A DNA stretch of 64,000 nt from the human T2T-CHM13v2.0 reference genome, Homo sapiens: the NCBI RefSeq assembly GCF_009914755.1, contig NC_060925.1; one strand, 5' to 3'. A program made the translations under genes and the position numbers. The notes beneath the pieces were generated by a model. That model was not told the origin of the DNA. It did not search any database and saw only the letters and a list, made by a program, of their open reading frames with translations. How positions within the stretch are numbered: the first letter of the stretch is position 1; each line of letters starts with the position of its first letter. Shown piece after piece: positions 1 through 14,807 of the stretch.

Positions 1-1010
1 CACAAATACTACCTTGATTTACCACATATCTGTAATGGATGGCCTGGGAGTAGTGACTGCAGCCTGAAAAGTAATTTAGGGCATGGGGTATTAACTGATG
101 ACCTTATCCATAAAATATTTTAGTTATCCTGTGGAAGTTCTGATTTTAGTTGACAAAACAGAAGCTTCTATAGACCTGTATATTGTTGAGACTACATATA
201 TTATTCTAAGAAGGCTTTTGAATAGATTTGCTGAGTGTAGTTGATGAAGATGGCCCTTTTAAATATTAGGGAATTCATACTAGATTTACTGTTTCAGTTT
301 TTTCATTACAGATTTTGAGAGGCTTCTCCTGGTAGTAAAATGTCAGATGAAACTGTTACTGTAGAATTCACTAGGTTACTGATTCAGTTTGTGAGTATTA
401 GAAAATGTTCTTCCATAGAGATTTTAAATAGTTTTTGTGACAAAGCAAAAACAAAGCAAACTGAAGTTTTCCCTGGATTGAAGCAGCCGATCAAATATTT
501 TAACGTTTGGAGTTTCAACTTCTAAGTGAAAAGATTCCTGATTTTAAAATATAAAAGGATTATTTGAGAAGCACGTACTTTGTGTATGAATGAAGAAATG
601 TATCTATTTTCCAATGAAAGTTTATATTTTGGTGACTGCTTCTACTGAAGTGATAGCATGGTCAGTAGTATTCCAACATCTTTGGATACTGTTAGCTTCA
701 GCCATCATATGGTTTGATTAATTGAACTGGTGTAATAGATTAATAGATATGGTGGTATCTATACTAATCTGATTTTCTTTTTTATGTTACATAAAATAGA
801 ATTTTTCCTTCCTTCCTTCCTCTTTCCTCTCATAATTTGAACAGATACTGGATTCAAAAAATTTATGATAGCTTAAACCCCAGGGATATCATTTTCTAAA
901 GGAGTCATCTGTAGATGGTTTATGTTAAAGTTGGACAAATGGATAGAACATCAAGATTTTAATATTTGTTTCCACATTTGTCCCACTTACGGCATAAGTA
1001 TCAGGGAAGT

Positions 1011-1278
1011 GGCCAGATGGGGTGGCTCATGCGTGTAATCCAAGCACTCTGGATGGCTGAGGCAGAAGGAACACTTGAATTCAGGAATTTGAGACCAGTT
1101 TAGGCAACATAGTGAGACCCCATCTCTACCAAAAAAAAAAAAAATTATCCGTGCATGGTGGCATGTGCCTGTAGCCCCAGCTATTTGGGAGGCTAAGGTG
1201 GGAGAATCTTTTGAGCCTGGGAGGTGGAGGCTTCAGTGAGCCGACAGAGGGAGACCTGTCTCAAAACAAACAAACAAG
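1011..1278 (+). mobile_element. Alu (AluJ-like) with a ~35-bp deletion in the right arm
   Basis: Dimeric Alu with A-rich linker. TSD is approximately aag(t/a)atcagggaag. The right arm jumps from GAGCCGA to CAGAG. Confidence 0.9.
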
Positions 1279-2584
1279 AATCAGGGAAGATACATATTCA
1301 TTTGCTTTTAGAACTTATAATAAACCATTGATAACAACTCAAGGATTAATTAGGCCTAACATTTGAGTGTATGTATAGCATAACACCTCTGTTACAAATT
1401 ACTGGAGGCATTTGTGAATTATCTAGTTAATTTCATCTGAAGAAAGAGACCTAAAAAGGAAGCTGGGGTAGACCTGCTTTTGCCATGTACCCCACTTCAT
1501 TTCTTATGGCTAAGGTTGTTCCACAGTGGTCCTAGTTTCGAACCTTTGCCTTGGTAGCATAACCCCAAATTTTTCTGAGGCTATAGCCTTGGAGTTGGAA
1601 TTGCCTAGATCTTCACAGAAACTATTGTGCTGAACTCTATTGGGTTGACAGAGAGCTGGGTATATACCACCCCACTCACCTATCATATTTGGGGATGATG
1701 ACAGTTGGCAAGGATTGGCACCATTATCAGTATCTTTAAAAGGTATCAAGAAATTACTGGCAAGTTTATAGCTTTAAATGCCTATATTAGAAAAGAAGAT
1801 AGATCTAAGTTTCTATCTTAACAAGCTAGAAAATGAAGAGCAAATTAAAACCTAGATAAATAGATGGAAATAAATAATAAAGAACAGAAATAAATGAAAT
1901 AGAAAATGTATTTAAAAAAGAAAAAGATAAAACCAAAAGCCAGATCTTTGAAAAGATTAATAAAATTAATAAATCCTTACCAAGACTAATCAAGGAAAAG
2001 AGAAAATATAAGTTTAAACTTTTATGTATGAAAGAGGATAAATCATATACAGATATTAAAGAGTCAATTAGGGACTATTATGAACGAATTTATGTCAGTA
2101 ACCTTAACAATTTACATACAAAAGAGCATTTTTTGAAAAACACAAATTATTTAAATTGAAACAAAAAGAAAATGAAAATACGGATAGCTCTATTTCCACT
2201 AAAGAAATTTAATTCATAATAAAAACCTTTCCAAGGAGAATACTCTAGGCCCAGATGGTTAAAGAAGAATTAATACCAGTCTTACGCAAAACTCTTTCAG
2301 AAGCAGAGTGACAGAGAACACTGACACACTTGTTTTATAAGGCCAGCATAACCCTATACCAAAATGTGTCAGGCATTACCAAAGAAGTTACAGACCAGTA
2401 TTCCTCATAAAATATTCTCAAAAAACCCCCACAAAACAAAACAAAAAAAAAAGAGTAACAAACTTAATACGGTAATATAAAGGATAATAACTCTTGACCC
2501 ATATATACAAGGTTGGTCCAGCATTTGAAAATCGATATATTTTAACCACATTAACCGAATAAAGAGAAAGTAATATGATCATTA

Positions 2585-3307
2585 TGTTACTGGTGGGTAT
2601 TTGTTCTTAGAGTTCCCAAGATGGTGGCGGGCTGCTTCCAAGATGGTGGCAAGCCTCTTGTTCTCTGACCTGGGGTTCTTGGCCTCACGGCTTCCAAGAA
2701 ATGGAATTTTGGGCCATGTGGTGATTGTTATAGCTCTATTCAGCTCCATTAGAATGAACCCCAGGCACTTAGCCTGCACAGGAACAATGGCGAGCCTCTA
2801 GCCCAATTGGGAGCGGCAGTGGGCGCCACCTCACTGGATCAGGAGCACAGCAGACACCTGCCCTATCCGGAGGGATGGAAGTCAGCAGTGGGTGTGCGAC
2901 AGTGGCAAACAGCAGTGGTGGATGGCAAGCGAAAGCTCAGCTTGAGCCCTAACAAACACAGACCAGAAGAGTGTGCAGTTGCAAGATTTAAGAGAGTGAA
3001 AACAGAGCTCCCATGAAGTGGGAGGGGACCCAAAGGGGCTTTCCATTGCCTGCTCAAATGCCTGGGTTTATATCCCGATCATTGTCCCTCCTCCTGTTCT
3101 CTCAGGCGATAGATGATTGGCTATTTCTTTACCTCCTGTTTTTGCCTAATTAGCATTTTAGTGAGCTCTCTTTACTACCTGATTGGTCGGGTGTGCGGGT
3201 GTGAGCTAAGCTGCAAGCCCCGTGTTTAAAGGTGGATGCAGTCACCTTCCCAGCTAGGCTTAGGGATTCTTAGTCAGCCTAGGAAATCCAGCTAGCACTG
3301 TCTCTCA
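2585..3307 (-). mobile_element. HERV-W solo LTR (LTR17)
   Basis: The reverse complement begins TGAGAGACAGTGCTAGCTGGATTTCCTAGGCTGACTAAGAATCCCTAAGCCTAGCTGGGAAGG and ends CCAGTAACA. It has two CCAAT boxes and GGGATATAAACCC. 4-bp TSD atta/attg. Confidence 0.93.
3067..3186 (-). promoter_or_regulatory. LTR17 U3 core promoter: TATAAA (3067-3072) and CCAATC boxes (3115-3120, 3181-3186)
   Basis: The motifs sit at the positions known for the HERV-W LTR promoter. Activity cannot be shown from sequence. Confidence 0.6.
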
Positions 3308-4153
3308 ATTGCAATAGACGCATGAAAGGCATTTTATAAATTCAGTACCCATAGAAGATAAAACATGCTCAGCAACGTAAGAATAGAGAGAAACTTCTAA
3401 ACCTAATGAAGGATATCTATGGAAAATCTGTAGCTAACATTATACTTCATGGTGAAAGACAATGTTTGACTTCTAAGATCTGGAAGAAGACAAAGATGTC
3501 CTTCCTCTTTGAGCACTTATATTCACCATTGTATTGGAATACAGTGTAATATAGTACTGGAGTCAGTGCAGTAGGGCAAGAAAAGAAGGCATATGGCCAA
3601 AGGAAGTAAAACTAACATTCACAAACAACATGGTTATGCATGTAGAAAATCCTAAGAAATAATAAATGGAGAGAGATATATCAGGTTCATGACTGTTAGA
3701 CTCTATATTGTGAAGATACCATTCTCCAAATTTACTTATAGATTCAACACAATCCCAGTCAAAATCACGGTAGGCATTTCTGGGAAGACAGTAAATTAAT
3801 TCCTAAATTTATATGGAAATGCAAGGAATCTAGAATAAACTCTTTTGCAAAAGATCTAAGTTGTAGAACATAGACTTACCAGGTTTTTAAAACTTCTTAT
3901 TTCAAAGTGGATTACAGACCTAAATGTAAATGCCAAAACAAAAAAACTTCTAAAGAAAACATGGGAAAAAATATTCATGACACAAAAACAGGGCATGTAC
4001 AAACACAAATATGAACCATAAAAGACAAAAACTATTAAACTGAACTTTTTCAAAATTGAAACTTGCTCTTTGAAAAACAGCATTAAGAAAATGAAAATGC
4101 AAGCCATAGACTGGGAAAACATATTTGTAATATGCATGTCTGACAGTGGACTT

Positions 4154-4520
4154 GGCAATGGTCCCATTGTTTGTGTCCCCTCAAAATTCATATGTTGAAA
4201 TGCTAACCACCAAGGTGATACTATTAAGAGATGGAGCCTTTGGTAGGTGATTGCATCATGAGGGCGGAGCCCTCATGAATTGGATTAGTGCTTTAATAAA
4301 AGAGGCCGGAAGGATCTTGTTTGCCCCTTCCACTATGTGAGGAGACAATGAAAAGGCACAATTTCTGTGAACCAGGAAACCGACCCTCATCAGACTGAAT
4401 TGGTTGGTGCCTTGATCTTGGATTTTGTAGCCTCCAAAACTGTGAGAACTAAACTTCTTTTGTTTATAAGCTAATTAGTCTGTGGTATTCTGGTTATAGC
4501 ATCCAGAATGGACTCAGACA
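4154..4520 (+). mobile_element. ERVL-MaLR solo LTR (MLT1A/MSTD-like)
   Basis: Runs tgtgtcccctcaaaattcatatgttgaaa ... tatagcatccagaatggactcagaca. 5-bp TSD gactt/gagtt within the L1M. Confidence 0.85.
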
Positions 4521-4607
4521 GAGTTGTATACAGAGCATATACAGAATGAAGAACTCGTAGGAACCAACAATAATGAGATGAACAACTCAATTAAACAATT
4601 GGGCAGG

Positions 4608-4880
4608 CTGTAATCCCAGCACTTTGGAAGGCTGAGGTGGGCGGATCACTTGAGCCTAGGAGCTCCAGACCTGGGCAACATGGCAAAACCCCATCCCTAC
4701 TAAAAATAGAAAAAAACTTAGCTGGGTGTGGTGGGGCAGCCTGTAGTCCCAGCTACTCAGGAGGCTGAGGTGGGTCGATCGCTTCAGCCTGGGAGGCAGA
4801 GGCTGTAGTGATCATGCCACCGCACACCAGCCTGGGTGTCAGAGCCAGACCCTGCCTCCAAAAAAAAAAAAAAACAAAAA
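4608..4880 (+). mobile_element. 5'-truncated Alu (AluJ-like)
   Basis: Starts at ctgtaatcccagc and has an A tail. TSD aattgggcagg. Confidence 0.88.
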
Positions 4881-5970
4881 TCAGCAACACATAATTGGGC
4901 AGGAACTTGAACAATCACAAAAGAATATGTATCAATTGTCTAAAAGTACATGAAAACATTTTCTATACCATTAGCCACCAGGGAAATGAAAGTCAAAACT
5001 ACAGGAATTAATTAAAAGGAAAAAGACTGACAGTATCAAGTATTGACAAGGAAGTGAAGCAAGGGGTGCTCTCATATGTTGCTGCTAGGGGTGTAATAAT
5101 TGTATAACCACTTTGGGAAACAATTTGGCAATTTCTTATAAAGATAAACTTACATTTAACATTTGAAGTTTGAACCTCCATTCCTAGGTATTTATTCAAG
5201 GAAAATGAAAATCTGTATCCACAAACGCTGTGTATATATTTACAGCTCTATTCATACTAGCTGAAAGCTGGAAACAGAGGAATGAATAAACAGATCATGG
5301 TATATTCATACAGTATATATTCATGCTACTCAGCAATGAAAAGGAATGAACTACCGATGCACACAACAACATGAAAGAATCTCAGGAACGTTATGCTGAG
5401 TAAAAGAAGCTAGACACAAAAGACTACGTATTATATGAGTACATTATTGTATGATTCCATCTATATGAAATTTTTTTAAATGCAAAACTAATATATTGTG
5501 ATAAAATTCAGATCTGTGGTTGCCTGGAGTGGAGGTGTTTGACCAAAGAGAGGCATGGGGGAACATTCTGGAGTGATGGAAGTATTTATAATGGCAGGGC
5601 TACATAAATGCCCCAGCTCAAGGAACTGTACAATTAAAATGTATGCCTTTCACTGAGTATAAACCATACATCAATAAAGTTTATGTTTTTGAGTAAAAGG
5701 GAGTTCCAGACTCTGTGCTCTGACAACTTTGGCACATGGGGAATACTACACTTACTCTCCATAGGTTAAGCCTTCCTAGTTATCTTTGATAAGCCTTGTC
5801 CTAGACAGAGACAATTTTTATACTGACAAAATCAAAATACATTCTATTAAATTAAATGGAAATCTCCTCACTAAAATGAAGTACAACACATAGATGGAAT
5901 ACATGGGATGAGATACATATCCTGGATTTCAGTAGTATTCTTTGAGAGTCTTTTAAAAATATATTTGGCA

Positions 5971-6344
<374 letters not shown>

Positions 6345-6350
6345 CTAATT

Positions 6351-6550
6351 CAGGGTTCAGTGACTGGACCATGAAGCCTATTTTTGTACTGCCCCAATGT
6401 AAGAATGGTTTTACATTTTAAAAAGTTGTTTAAAAAAAAAAAAAAAGTCCTGTCCCTTAAGAAAAAACAAGCAACCAGTACTATAAGTGTTCCTCAAAGT
6501 CTACAATATTTACTATCCAAACTTTTACAGAAAAAGCTTTCTAACTCCTA
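6351..6550 (+). mobile_element. MER58-like hAT-Charlie DNA transposon remnant
   Basis: cagggtt start, internal aagaatggttttacatttt, and end tatttactatcc...tttacagaaaaagctttctaactcc. Confidence 0.65.
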
Positions 6551-7492
6551 TTCTTTACCCTTTGATCTGCACACTCTACCTACTGTAACTGATTCAGCCT
6601 CAAAAACTAACATGTTGTCTTTTTGTTTGCATTAGAGAATCCTAGATGTTTGAAGTACTAATTAGTATACACTAAGCCTATGGCCTTATTTCCTTTGCTC
6701 TGAAAACTAAGAGGGAATGTTAAGTTGAATGATATGATAGCTACTTTCCAAGGAATGCTGTATTTCTTACGAATTGGCCTCTTTGGCTGTACTCCAGATG
6801 GCCTGGTTAGAATGACGTTAAAGCTGTGGAATAGCCAAAGCACTTGAAATATCAGTTATGTATGTAGCATGAGGCTGTCAGCCATTTTGCAAAAAGCATG
6901 GGACAATGCTAAATATTTCTGGTTTGCCCCAGTGGTATAGATTGGAGAACCATTTTTACTCTTCAGCCTTCATGGAAAATGGCAGGGTAGTTTAAAAGGT
7001 CTTTGAGAAGTTTTGGAGGTTCTAAAGGGGTTTTTTTTTTTTTTTTTTTGGCATGGGGTTGTCAGAATAGCGGATTTGCACTTCTGTCTCAGCAATATCA
7101 AGATTTCCCCCTTTTAGTGCATTTGAACCCACACTTCAACCTTAGAATCTTCTTACTCTCTCCCACCCTTTGCCTCTGCCTCCTGTGGCCTCATACAGCT
7201 GATCTCAAACCATAATAGATCTTTTAATATTAACTTAGGTCCTCTGAGCATCTCTTTATTTCAAAATTTTAAAGATGAACCTGGGATAAAGGGACATAGA
7301 GCTGCTTTAGGAAATACACAGCCTCTTTGGGGATCTCACTGTGCTAGTGGTATACAGATTCAAGTTGAAAGACCAGTGGAATTGTGGTTGACAGCCCAGG
7401 GACAGGAACAAGCAGGAGCCTGGTATGAGCTAACATTTAAGTTAAAATCTGTGACTATTTACGATATTTCTTTCTTTTCATCTTTTCTCTAG

Positions 7493-7567
7493 GCCTACTC
7501 TGTGTATGATGAAGACATTGGGTACTGTCAAGGGCAGTCTTTTCTTGCTGCTGTATTACTGCTGCAT
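7493..7567 (+). CDS. RABGAP1L: RABGAP1L internal coding exon (75 nt, phase 0/0), TBC domain with Q-finger: AYSVYDEDIGYCQGQSFLAAVLLLH
   Basis: Polypyrimidine tract plus AG at 7491-7492 and GTAAGT donor at 7568. The translation contains the TBC YxQ motif (GYCQG) and continues in frame into the next two exons. The residues match RABGAP1L as recalled rather than its paralog RABGAP1. Confidence 0.96.
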
Positions 7568-8665
7568 GTAAGTAATGGTCCGTGTGATAAATAGCACAGT
7601 GCTGCCAAGTTTATTTTACTTTCTACTGGCTTTGTTCTTCCTTCTTATTTCCCATTTATCTGATGGAGATTACATATGGCATATCTTTTTTAAAATGTAC
7701 GTTAGGTGATAAAGTAAGAGATATGATGTCAAAAATACGACAGTTTCTCAATGGAATTAGTTTTGTTGGCTAGAAAAGGATAAATTGCTTATTTGGAGTT
7801 ATTTTTAACTAGAATCCTCTGGAATTAAAGAAGTCGGTATAACTGCCCAAATATCAGGACCTGGACCATTAAGACCCACTATACTGTGACAAGGAAGTCC
7901 TTTATCATTTCTGTGATGTATTTTTATATATCCTCTTTCCTGTCAGTTACCTTCATTTGACAGATCATTTATTGAGCATCAATTTTCAGGTACTGGGCTA
8001 GGAAGTGGGGTTATAAAGATGAATCATTTATAATTTGTGTTCTCAAAGACTTCATAGTCCAGGATGGGGCACAGATAATGTAGGCATGAACTTATAATTT
8101 TTGTTCTCTTTTATGTGTCTTTATTTTTCTGATGACAAAAATAATACATACTCATTAAATAACTTACAGTATGCTAAGTGAAAGTGATACACAGGTTAAG
8201 AGAATAGAGAGGAGAATTACCCAACCAAGCTCTGCCAGAACTTTCAGAAAAGACTTTCTGGAGGAGGTGGCAGCTTTGTCAAGACAGAAATGAGATTGGA
8301 GAAGGTGAGAGGGGAAAGGGAGGGGGTAAAGAATTATTGACAAAAGTCACAATATGAGAAAATGTATGGAAGTATGATAGGGCACAGCATACAAAGGGAA
8401 CAATATGAAATCACAGTTTACTATAGCAATTGTACACGGGGAGTGGTATGACGTAAAAATGGTAAGATGGGAAATTGTGAAGACTTTGTAATGTGTCAAA
8501 AATGCAGGCTTTATTCTAGAGCTAATGAGGAACCATTGATCACTTTGGAGCAAGGGAATAATACAGTCATATGATCATTTTAGATAAATCTTTTCATACC
8601 TGTGTAAAGGGCAGAATTAAAGGAAACAGACAGCAGCAGAGAGACCAGGTAGAAAACATCAATAT

Positions 8666-8975
8666 GGCCAGGCACAGTGGCTCACACCTGTAATCCCAAC
8701 ACTTTGGGAGGTTGAGGCAGGAGGATCACTTGAGCCCAGGAATTTGAAACCAGCCTAGGCAATATAATGAGACACCATCACTACCACACACACAAAAGGT
8801 ATCTGGGTGTGTTGGTGAGCACCTGTAGTGGTGGTGAGCTACCTGGGAGGCTGAAGTGGGAGGACCACTTGAGCCTGGGAGGTCAAGGCTGCAGTAAGCC
8901 TTGATTGCACCACTGCAGTCCAGCTTGGGCAATAGAAGGAGACCCTGTCTCAAAAAAATAATAATAATAAAAAGG
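8666..8975 (+). mobile_element. Alu (AluJ-like)
   Basis: Dimer with gaggcaggaggatcacttgagcccagg in the left arm. Confidence 0.9.
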
Positions 8976-9216
8976 AAAAGAAAATGTCAGTTTAAATGAG
9001 AGATGTTGAGAACCCAGAGAAAAGCAGAATTAAGAAACATTCAGGGAGCAAAATTGTTAGGTTTTGTGGATGGATTGGCAAAGGAGCAGTCAAAGGTGAC
9101 ATATCTAGTTTCCTGGCTTTGGAGACTGGATGAATGTTGTATTTTGAGTTCAGATAGCAAATATATCTATGGAGATTGAATGAAGGAAAAAGTTTAGGAG
9201 TTGATGATGATGAGTT

Positions 9217-9834
<618 letters not shown>

Positions 9835-10621
9835 TGATGATAAGTTTTGTTTCTAATTATTTGAGTTCAGGATATTCTTGGGACATCTAGGTGGAGATAT
9901 ATGTTCAGCAGCCAGTTGCATACTGGAGATTAATGCTGGAGGAGAAATGAAAGCTGAAGTCATGAGAGTACATCAGATCATCTAGAAGAATGAATAGAGT
10001 AAGAAGATTAAATCCCAGGAACAGCAAACATTTGAAGGGCTGATGCGGAAGTAAAATCCTTAAAGAAGTTCGGATTCTCAGTAGGGAGGAAGCAATGAAT
10101 AGTGTCAAATGTAACGAGAGGCCAAACAAGTTTAAAAGGACAGCATTGTTTTTTTGAGGTTTAGCATTCTGGAAGTGAAGAGCAATTATAGTAGATTCAT
10201 GGTCCTAATTCTGAAAACCTGATTTTAATTATAATAGTTCTATTATGATTTTCACTTTGTTTCACTTTGAGGTTGATGGTTTTTTTCCCTCTGTTACATT
10301 ATTATCTGTTTATGACAGTTTCTGTCTTCTTGTTATCCTTCTTTCTTTGATTTCTCTACATCTCACCTTTTTGGGACTTCCTGTGATGACCAGTTACTTT
10401 ATAGTCACAAATTCTCAGGGGCCCTTGTTCCCCTTCTAAACCCACTAGAATCTAGAATAGTCAGGTCCCTTCCCTAAGAGGCTGGAGACCATACCCAGTG
10501 ACATGGATGTTTTCTTCAAGGCTCAGAGCCATCTTTCTTCTAAAGGAAGCCTTTATAATTACTTGGATGAGAAGCTGAAGTTCAAGACATGGGTGGTGAA
10601 GCTTTGGTTTGAACAAAGTAA

Positions 10622-10623
<2 letters not shown>

Positions 10624-10654
<31 letters not shown>

Positions 10655-10936
10655 AGATGGAGTCTCGCTCAGTTGCCAGGCTGGAGTGCAGTGGTGCAAT
10701 CTCAGCTCAATGAAACCTCCGCCTCCTGGGTTCAAGCGATTCTCCTGCCCCAGCCTCCAGAGTAGTGGGACTACAGGCACACGTATCACCATGCCCAGCT
10801 AATTTTAGTTTTTTTTTCAGTAGAGACAGAGTTTCACCATGTTAGCCAGGCTGGTCTTGATCTCCTGACCTGGTGATCCTCCCACCTTAGCCTCCCAAAG
10901 TGCTGGGATTACAGGCGTGAGCCACCACGCCTGGCC
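10624..10936 (-). mobile_element. Alu (AluS)
   Basis: Long T tract plus dimer. TSD acaaagt(a/g)atc. Confidence 0.92.
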
Positions 10937-12519
10937 ACAAAGTGATCTTTGAACATACCGTAGTTTAGCATTTTTTACCTGTAGCCCTGTTTAACATATT
11001 ATAATATATTTATTAATGTTCAGTGAGAAGAATATCTCTCTGAGAAATCTGTTTTGGATTTGACAGAAGTTTGGGTCAATTATAAGTTCATAATTATTTG
11101 GAAACACCCTCCCCACCCCGTCCGCAAAGAGAGAAAGAGAGAGATTCAAATAACGAGAGCTCAAATACCCAGAATTTTTTTTCTACATTAGGTACTCTAC
11201 TATTATAAGGGCCACGTAGTGAGTCAGCCTTTGTGAACTCCAACAAGATAGCTTCCAGTGTATGTTACAAGAGAGACAGAAATTCAGTCTAGTCTCTCAC
11301 ACTTTCTACATTAATAGAATTATTCAGTGTTGTCATGGCTTTTATAAAAATAACTTGAAATATAGAAATCCTTTTAGAATCCTTAAGGAACAATGAACTG
11401 ATATTCAGCATTCTGTTAATGAAAAACATATTCTAATTTTTAATTGGCAGTATGTTTGATAATTCTGTTAATTAGCATATTCCATTAACTGACCAACCCA
11501 TCCATTCAACCAATTTGAATAACAGAAGTTAACTGTAATTTATTTTTTACTATATTTTTGTCTCCCTGGTTTAAACAAATAGAAGAATACGGACTGGTTT
11601 AAACAATTCATCAAACACACTATCTCAGGTTCCAGGGAGATACATTATTAGGGTCTTACTGACTAATTTGTTATCAGTTACATAAGCTATTGCTTCTTTT
11701 TGCTGCCAGACATCTTTGGAAGCTCCATATTAATCACTGTGAGAGCCTGCTTCCTTTTGGGTTCTGTCCTTTCCTCACCCATAGTCATTTATATTTCACA
11801 TTCATTGCCTGAGAAGAAAGTAAGACCAAAAATGAAAGTATGTTCAAAAACAGTTTTGAATTTTTAGGATTTTTTCGTGTCTAAGTAGTCTAAATAAATA
11901 ATTAGCCTCTCCTTGTACTTGGAAATTTCTAGATGCTTTGACAATAGCTTTGTAACATGTAGTAGTTTAGACAATGGAAGAATTAAATGTTTATCACAGT
12001 AGACTCTTACATCCATTTATGAAATTACAAGAAATTTGTCATTTACAGTTGGAGAATGTTATAGTACAGATTGCCTGCAACCATTATAATGTTCAACTGC
12101 CTTTGTAATGAAATATACAATAATAATTTCTAATTTCATAATCATGATATTAGTCTTTATCTCTTAGTCTTAATAAATTATGACCTGATTATATTTCACT
12201 TACTCTAAAAATTATATAAAATATTTTAGATAATTTGTAACCCAATAATTTTTCTACAATATTTATTGTTACAAGTTTTAAATTTTTTAATTGAACATGT
12301 ACCTTTTTAGACATTCAGAAGTTTATGTTCATTTTTAAGGTTAAATTACTGTATGTATACTAATATTGGCATTTATAGAAGCTTTCCAACTGCAAGAAGG
12401 ATTATGTTTGAATAATCTAGCATGTTTAAAACTATTGAATTTTTTTAAAAAAACTATGACTAGGTACAATTCCTTTCGAAACCAATTTGGCTTTGTCTGA
12501 TAAAGATATGCACACCCAG

Positions 12520-13160
12520 AAGTTTTGCTCCTAGACGTACCTTAGTCAAATTTACGCACTTGTACATCAAAATACATGTATTACTTTTGTCCTAATTAAT
12601 AGTGTTTATAACAGTCAAAACACTGAAGCAACTCAAATGTCCACTACTAAAATGTCCAATATTAGAATTGTAATTAGACAGTAAGATGGCTAAATTATGA
12701 TATTCTTAGAGTATGAATGCCATACAGCAATGGAAATGAATGTTTCACACTACATTGATTCATATAAATGAATCATATAAACATAAGATTTAGTTTAAAA
12801 AAAGCAAAGTACAACATTACATTTGGTATGATTCCATTCTGCATAAAGTTCAATAACAAGCAAAACTAAATTCTATTTTTAGGATGCTAGATAGATGGAA
12901 AAAACTATAAAGAACACCAATGAAGTGGTAACTGTTAAAGTTACGAAAGTGATTTCTCTAGGGAGAAACTGGGAATCATGACTGAAAAGAGACAGGGATT
13001 TTCAGGGCTATCGACAGTATTCTCTTTCTTAACCTAGATAGTGGTTACATGCATCCTTTGTAAGTTTTTTTAGTTTATAATCAAGTATTAATTAAAGTGT
13101 ACATTTAACTTTTATACATTTTTCTGTTTGTTGTATTTCAGAGTAAAATAAAATTAAAAA
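12520..13160 (+). mobile_element. Old L1M (L1ME-like) 3' fragment
   Basis: caactcaaatgtcca, atacagcaatggaaatgaatg and tatgattccatt...ataaagttcaa are L1M 3'-end motifs. Confidence 0.7.
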
Positions 13161-14149
13161 TTATAAATTTTAAAATATTTCTCACCAAAAAGACAGGTTT
13201 GGGATAAGATTTAACCAATGGAAGTAAATAAGAAGCAGAACTACCTATTACAGATTCCAGAGTCCAAGGTGACAAGATAAAGGCTTCATTTTGAAGTCTC
13301 TATCGTATATATATATATTTATAACATATATATATGTTAAGTATTTGTGGCATTATATTATTCAAGACTCTTTCTGCTGCATGTGACAGAATTGACTCAT
13401 ATAACTGGGAAATCTAGGGTCAGAGATGATTTTTCACATGATTGGACTGCAGAGTTCATATTTTGTCATCAAGAATCTGTATCTCTGCTTTTCTTGAATT
13501 TTATTGTCTTAATTATGTTAGTAGACAAAAAAGTGGGGCAAAATGACTGTTGGCTGGCCTGGATTCATATGATCAGGACAACTTCATTTAAAAGGGACTA
13601 TTTTTTGCTACCTCGTTTAAAAGGGACTGTCTTTTGCTATAGCTCCTGCATTTATTTAAAGTGACACACAACAACACCACCAACAACTCCCTCTGTTTTT
13701 CTTCCTGTTGGACTTTGGCCTGGTTGGGTAGGGCATTCTAATTGTCACAGCCCAGGTCTTTAGTCAAGATCAGTGAACACCATCAGCCCCTCCTAAACAA
13801 TGGAATGGTCTTCCTATAGGAAGAGGGGTTTTGATATCAGATGATGGGACAGTAGGATGCTAAACAGGTACATCACATCATCTTGAGTGATATACTTACT
13901 ACAAGATTTTTAGTGTATTTAAAAAGTAAGTCCTATACTTCCAAATCACTTTTCCTTCTAGTTCAAGAGAAAGAAGCATTCATTTTCCTATTCCAAGTTA
14001 ATTCTTATGAAGTGCTTTTGAGCCATTTTCCAACATCTCCCTGTGTCCTAATACACACAAACATTTTACCTATTTAAAAAATATTTAACTACTATCTTAT
14101 GTCTCTCTGCCTTTTTGAAGCTGAACTCTTTCAAAGGATACTGAAAAGT

Positions 14150-14500
14150 ACAACTGTGAATTTGGATTGTGGTTTAATACCTTTCAAGTTATATGGCTTT
14201 GGGCAAGTTTCTTCAACTGAGCTTTAGTTTCTTGTTATCATCCTTCTAGGCTTATTATGAGTATTGAGTACCTTATGATGAGTGTAAAGAGTCTTACATA
14301 TTTTGTACCTAGCACAAAAATAATGCAGTTATGAGATTAAAACCAGGCTTTACTTAATAGACCTATAGTTACTGGCAAGTCATTTAACTTCTTTGAACTT
14401 CACTAGTATTATATTTATAATGTAAAAATAATGCCTACCTTGCAGGATTTTTGTGAATATCAAATGGGGTCATGAATGAATATGTCTAATAATGGTAACT
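14150..14500 (+). mobile_element. MIR fragments
   Basis: ttgggcaagtt and ggcaagtcatttaacttctttgaac...aataatgcctaccttgcagga. Confidence 0.6.
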
Positions 14501-14807
14501 GTTGCTGTTATTTTTTAAATTAATAATTATTTGCTTTTACATTAATAATTATTTGCCCAGCCAGTTTTCTTTTGGTCCCTGGTCCAACTAATTTGAATGG
14601 ATTACACATAGGAGACTAATATATCATACAGTGATAGAATTTTATGGCTTATACATTGACATTCAATTTAAATGTATTAAGCTATTTGATTTAAAGGGAG
14701 AATAGACAAATGACTAGAAGTTTTCATTCTATTTGCTTTTTAATATGTAAACAAAAAATGAAGACATGATAAATAACCTTGAGTTTGAAGGTTCACCAGC
14801 ATTCATC

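Larger units (their letters stand above)
1750..5685 (+). mobile_element. Old L1M LINE (decayed ORF2 plus 3' UTR), interrupted by LTR17, a MaLR LTR and an Alu
   Basis: A-rich, ORF2-like tracts (ggccagcataaccctataccaaa; aatcccagtcaaaatc; ggaaatgaaagtcaaaactaca) and a 3' end reading catcaataaagtt. The L1 sequence is collinear across each insertion. Confidence 0.85.

Noticed and set aside
13306-13339. 18-bp palindrome taacatatatatatgtta
   Set aside because: Mostly a (TA)n run, which is self-complementary by nature.
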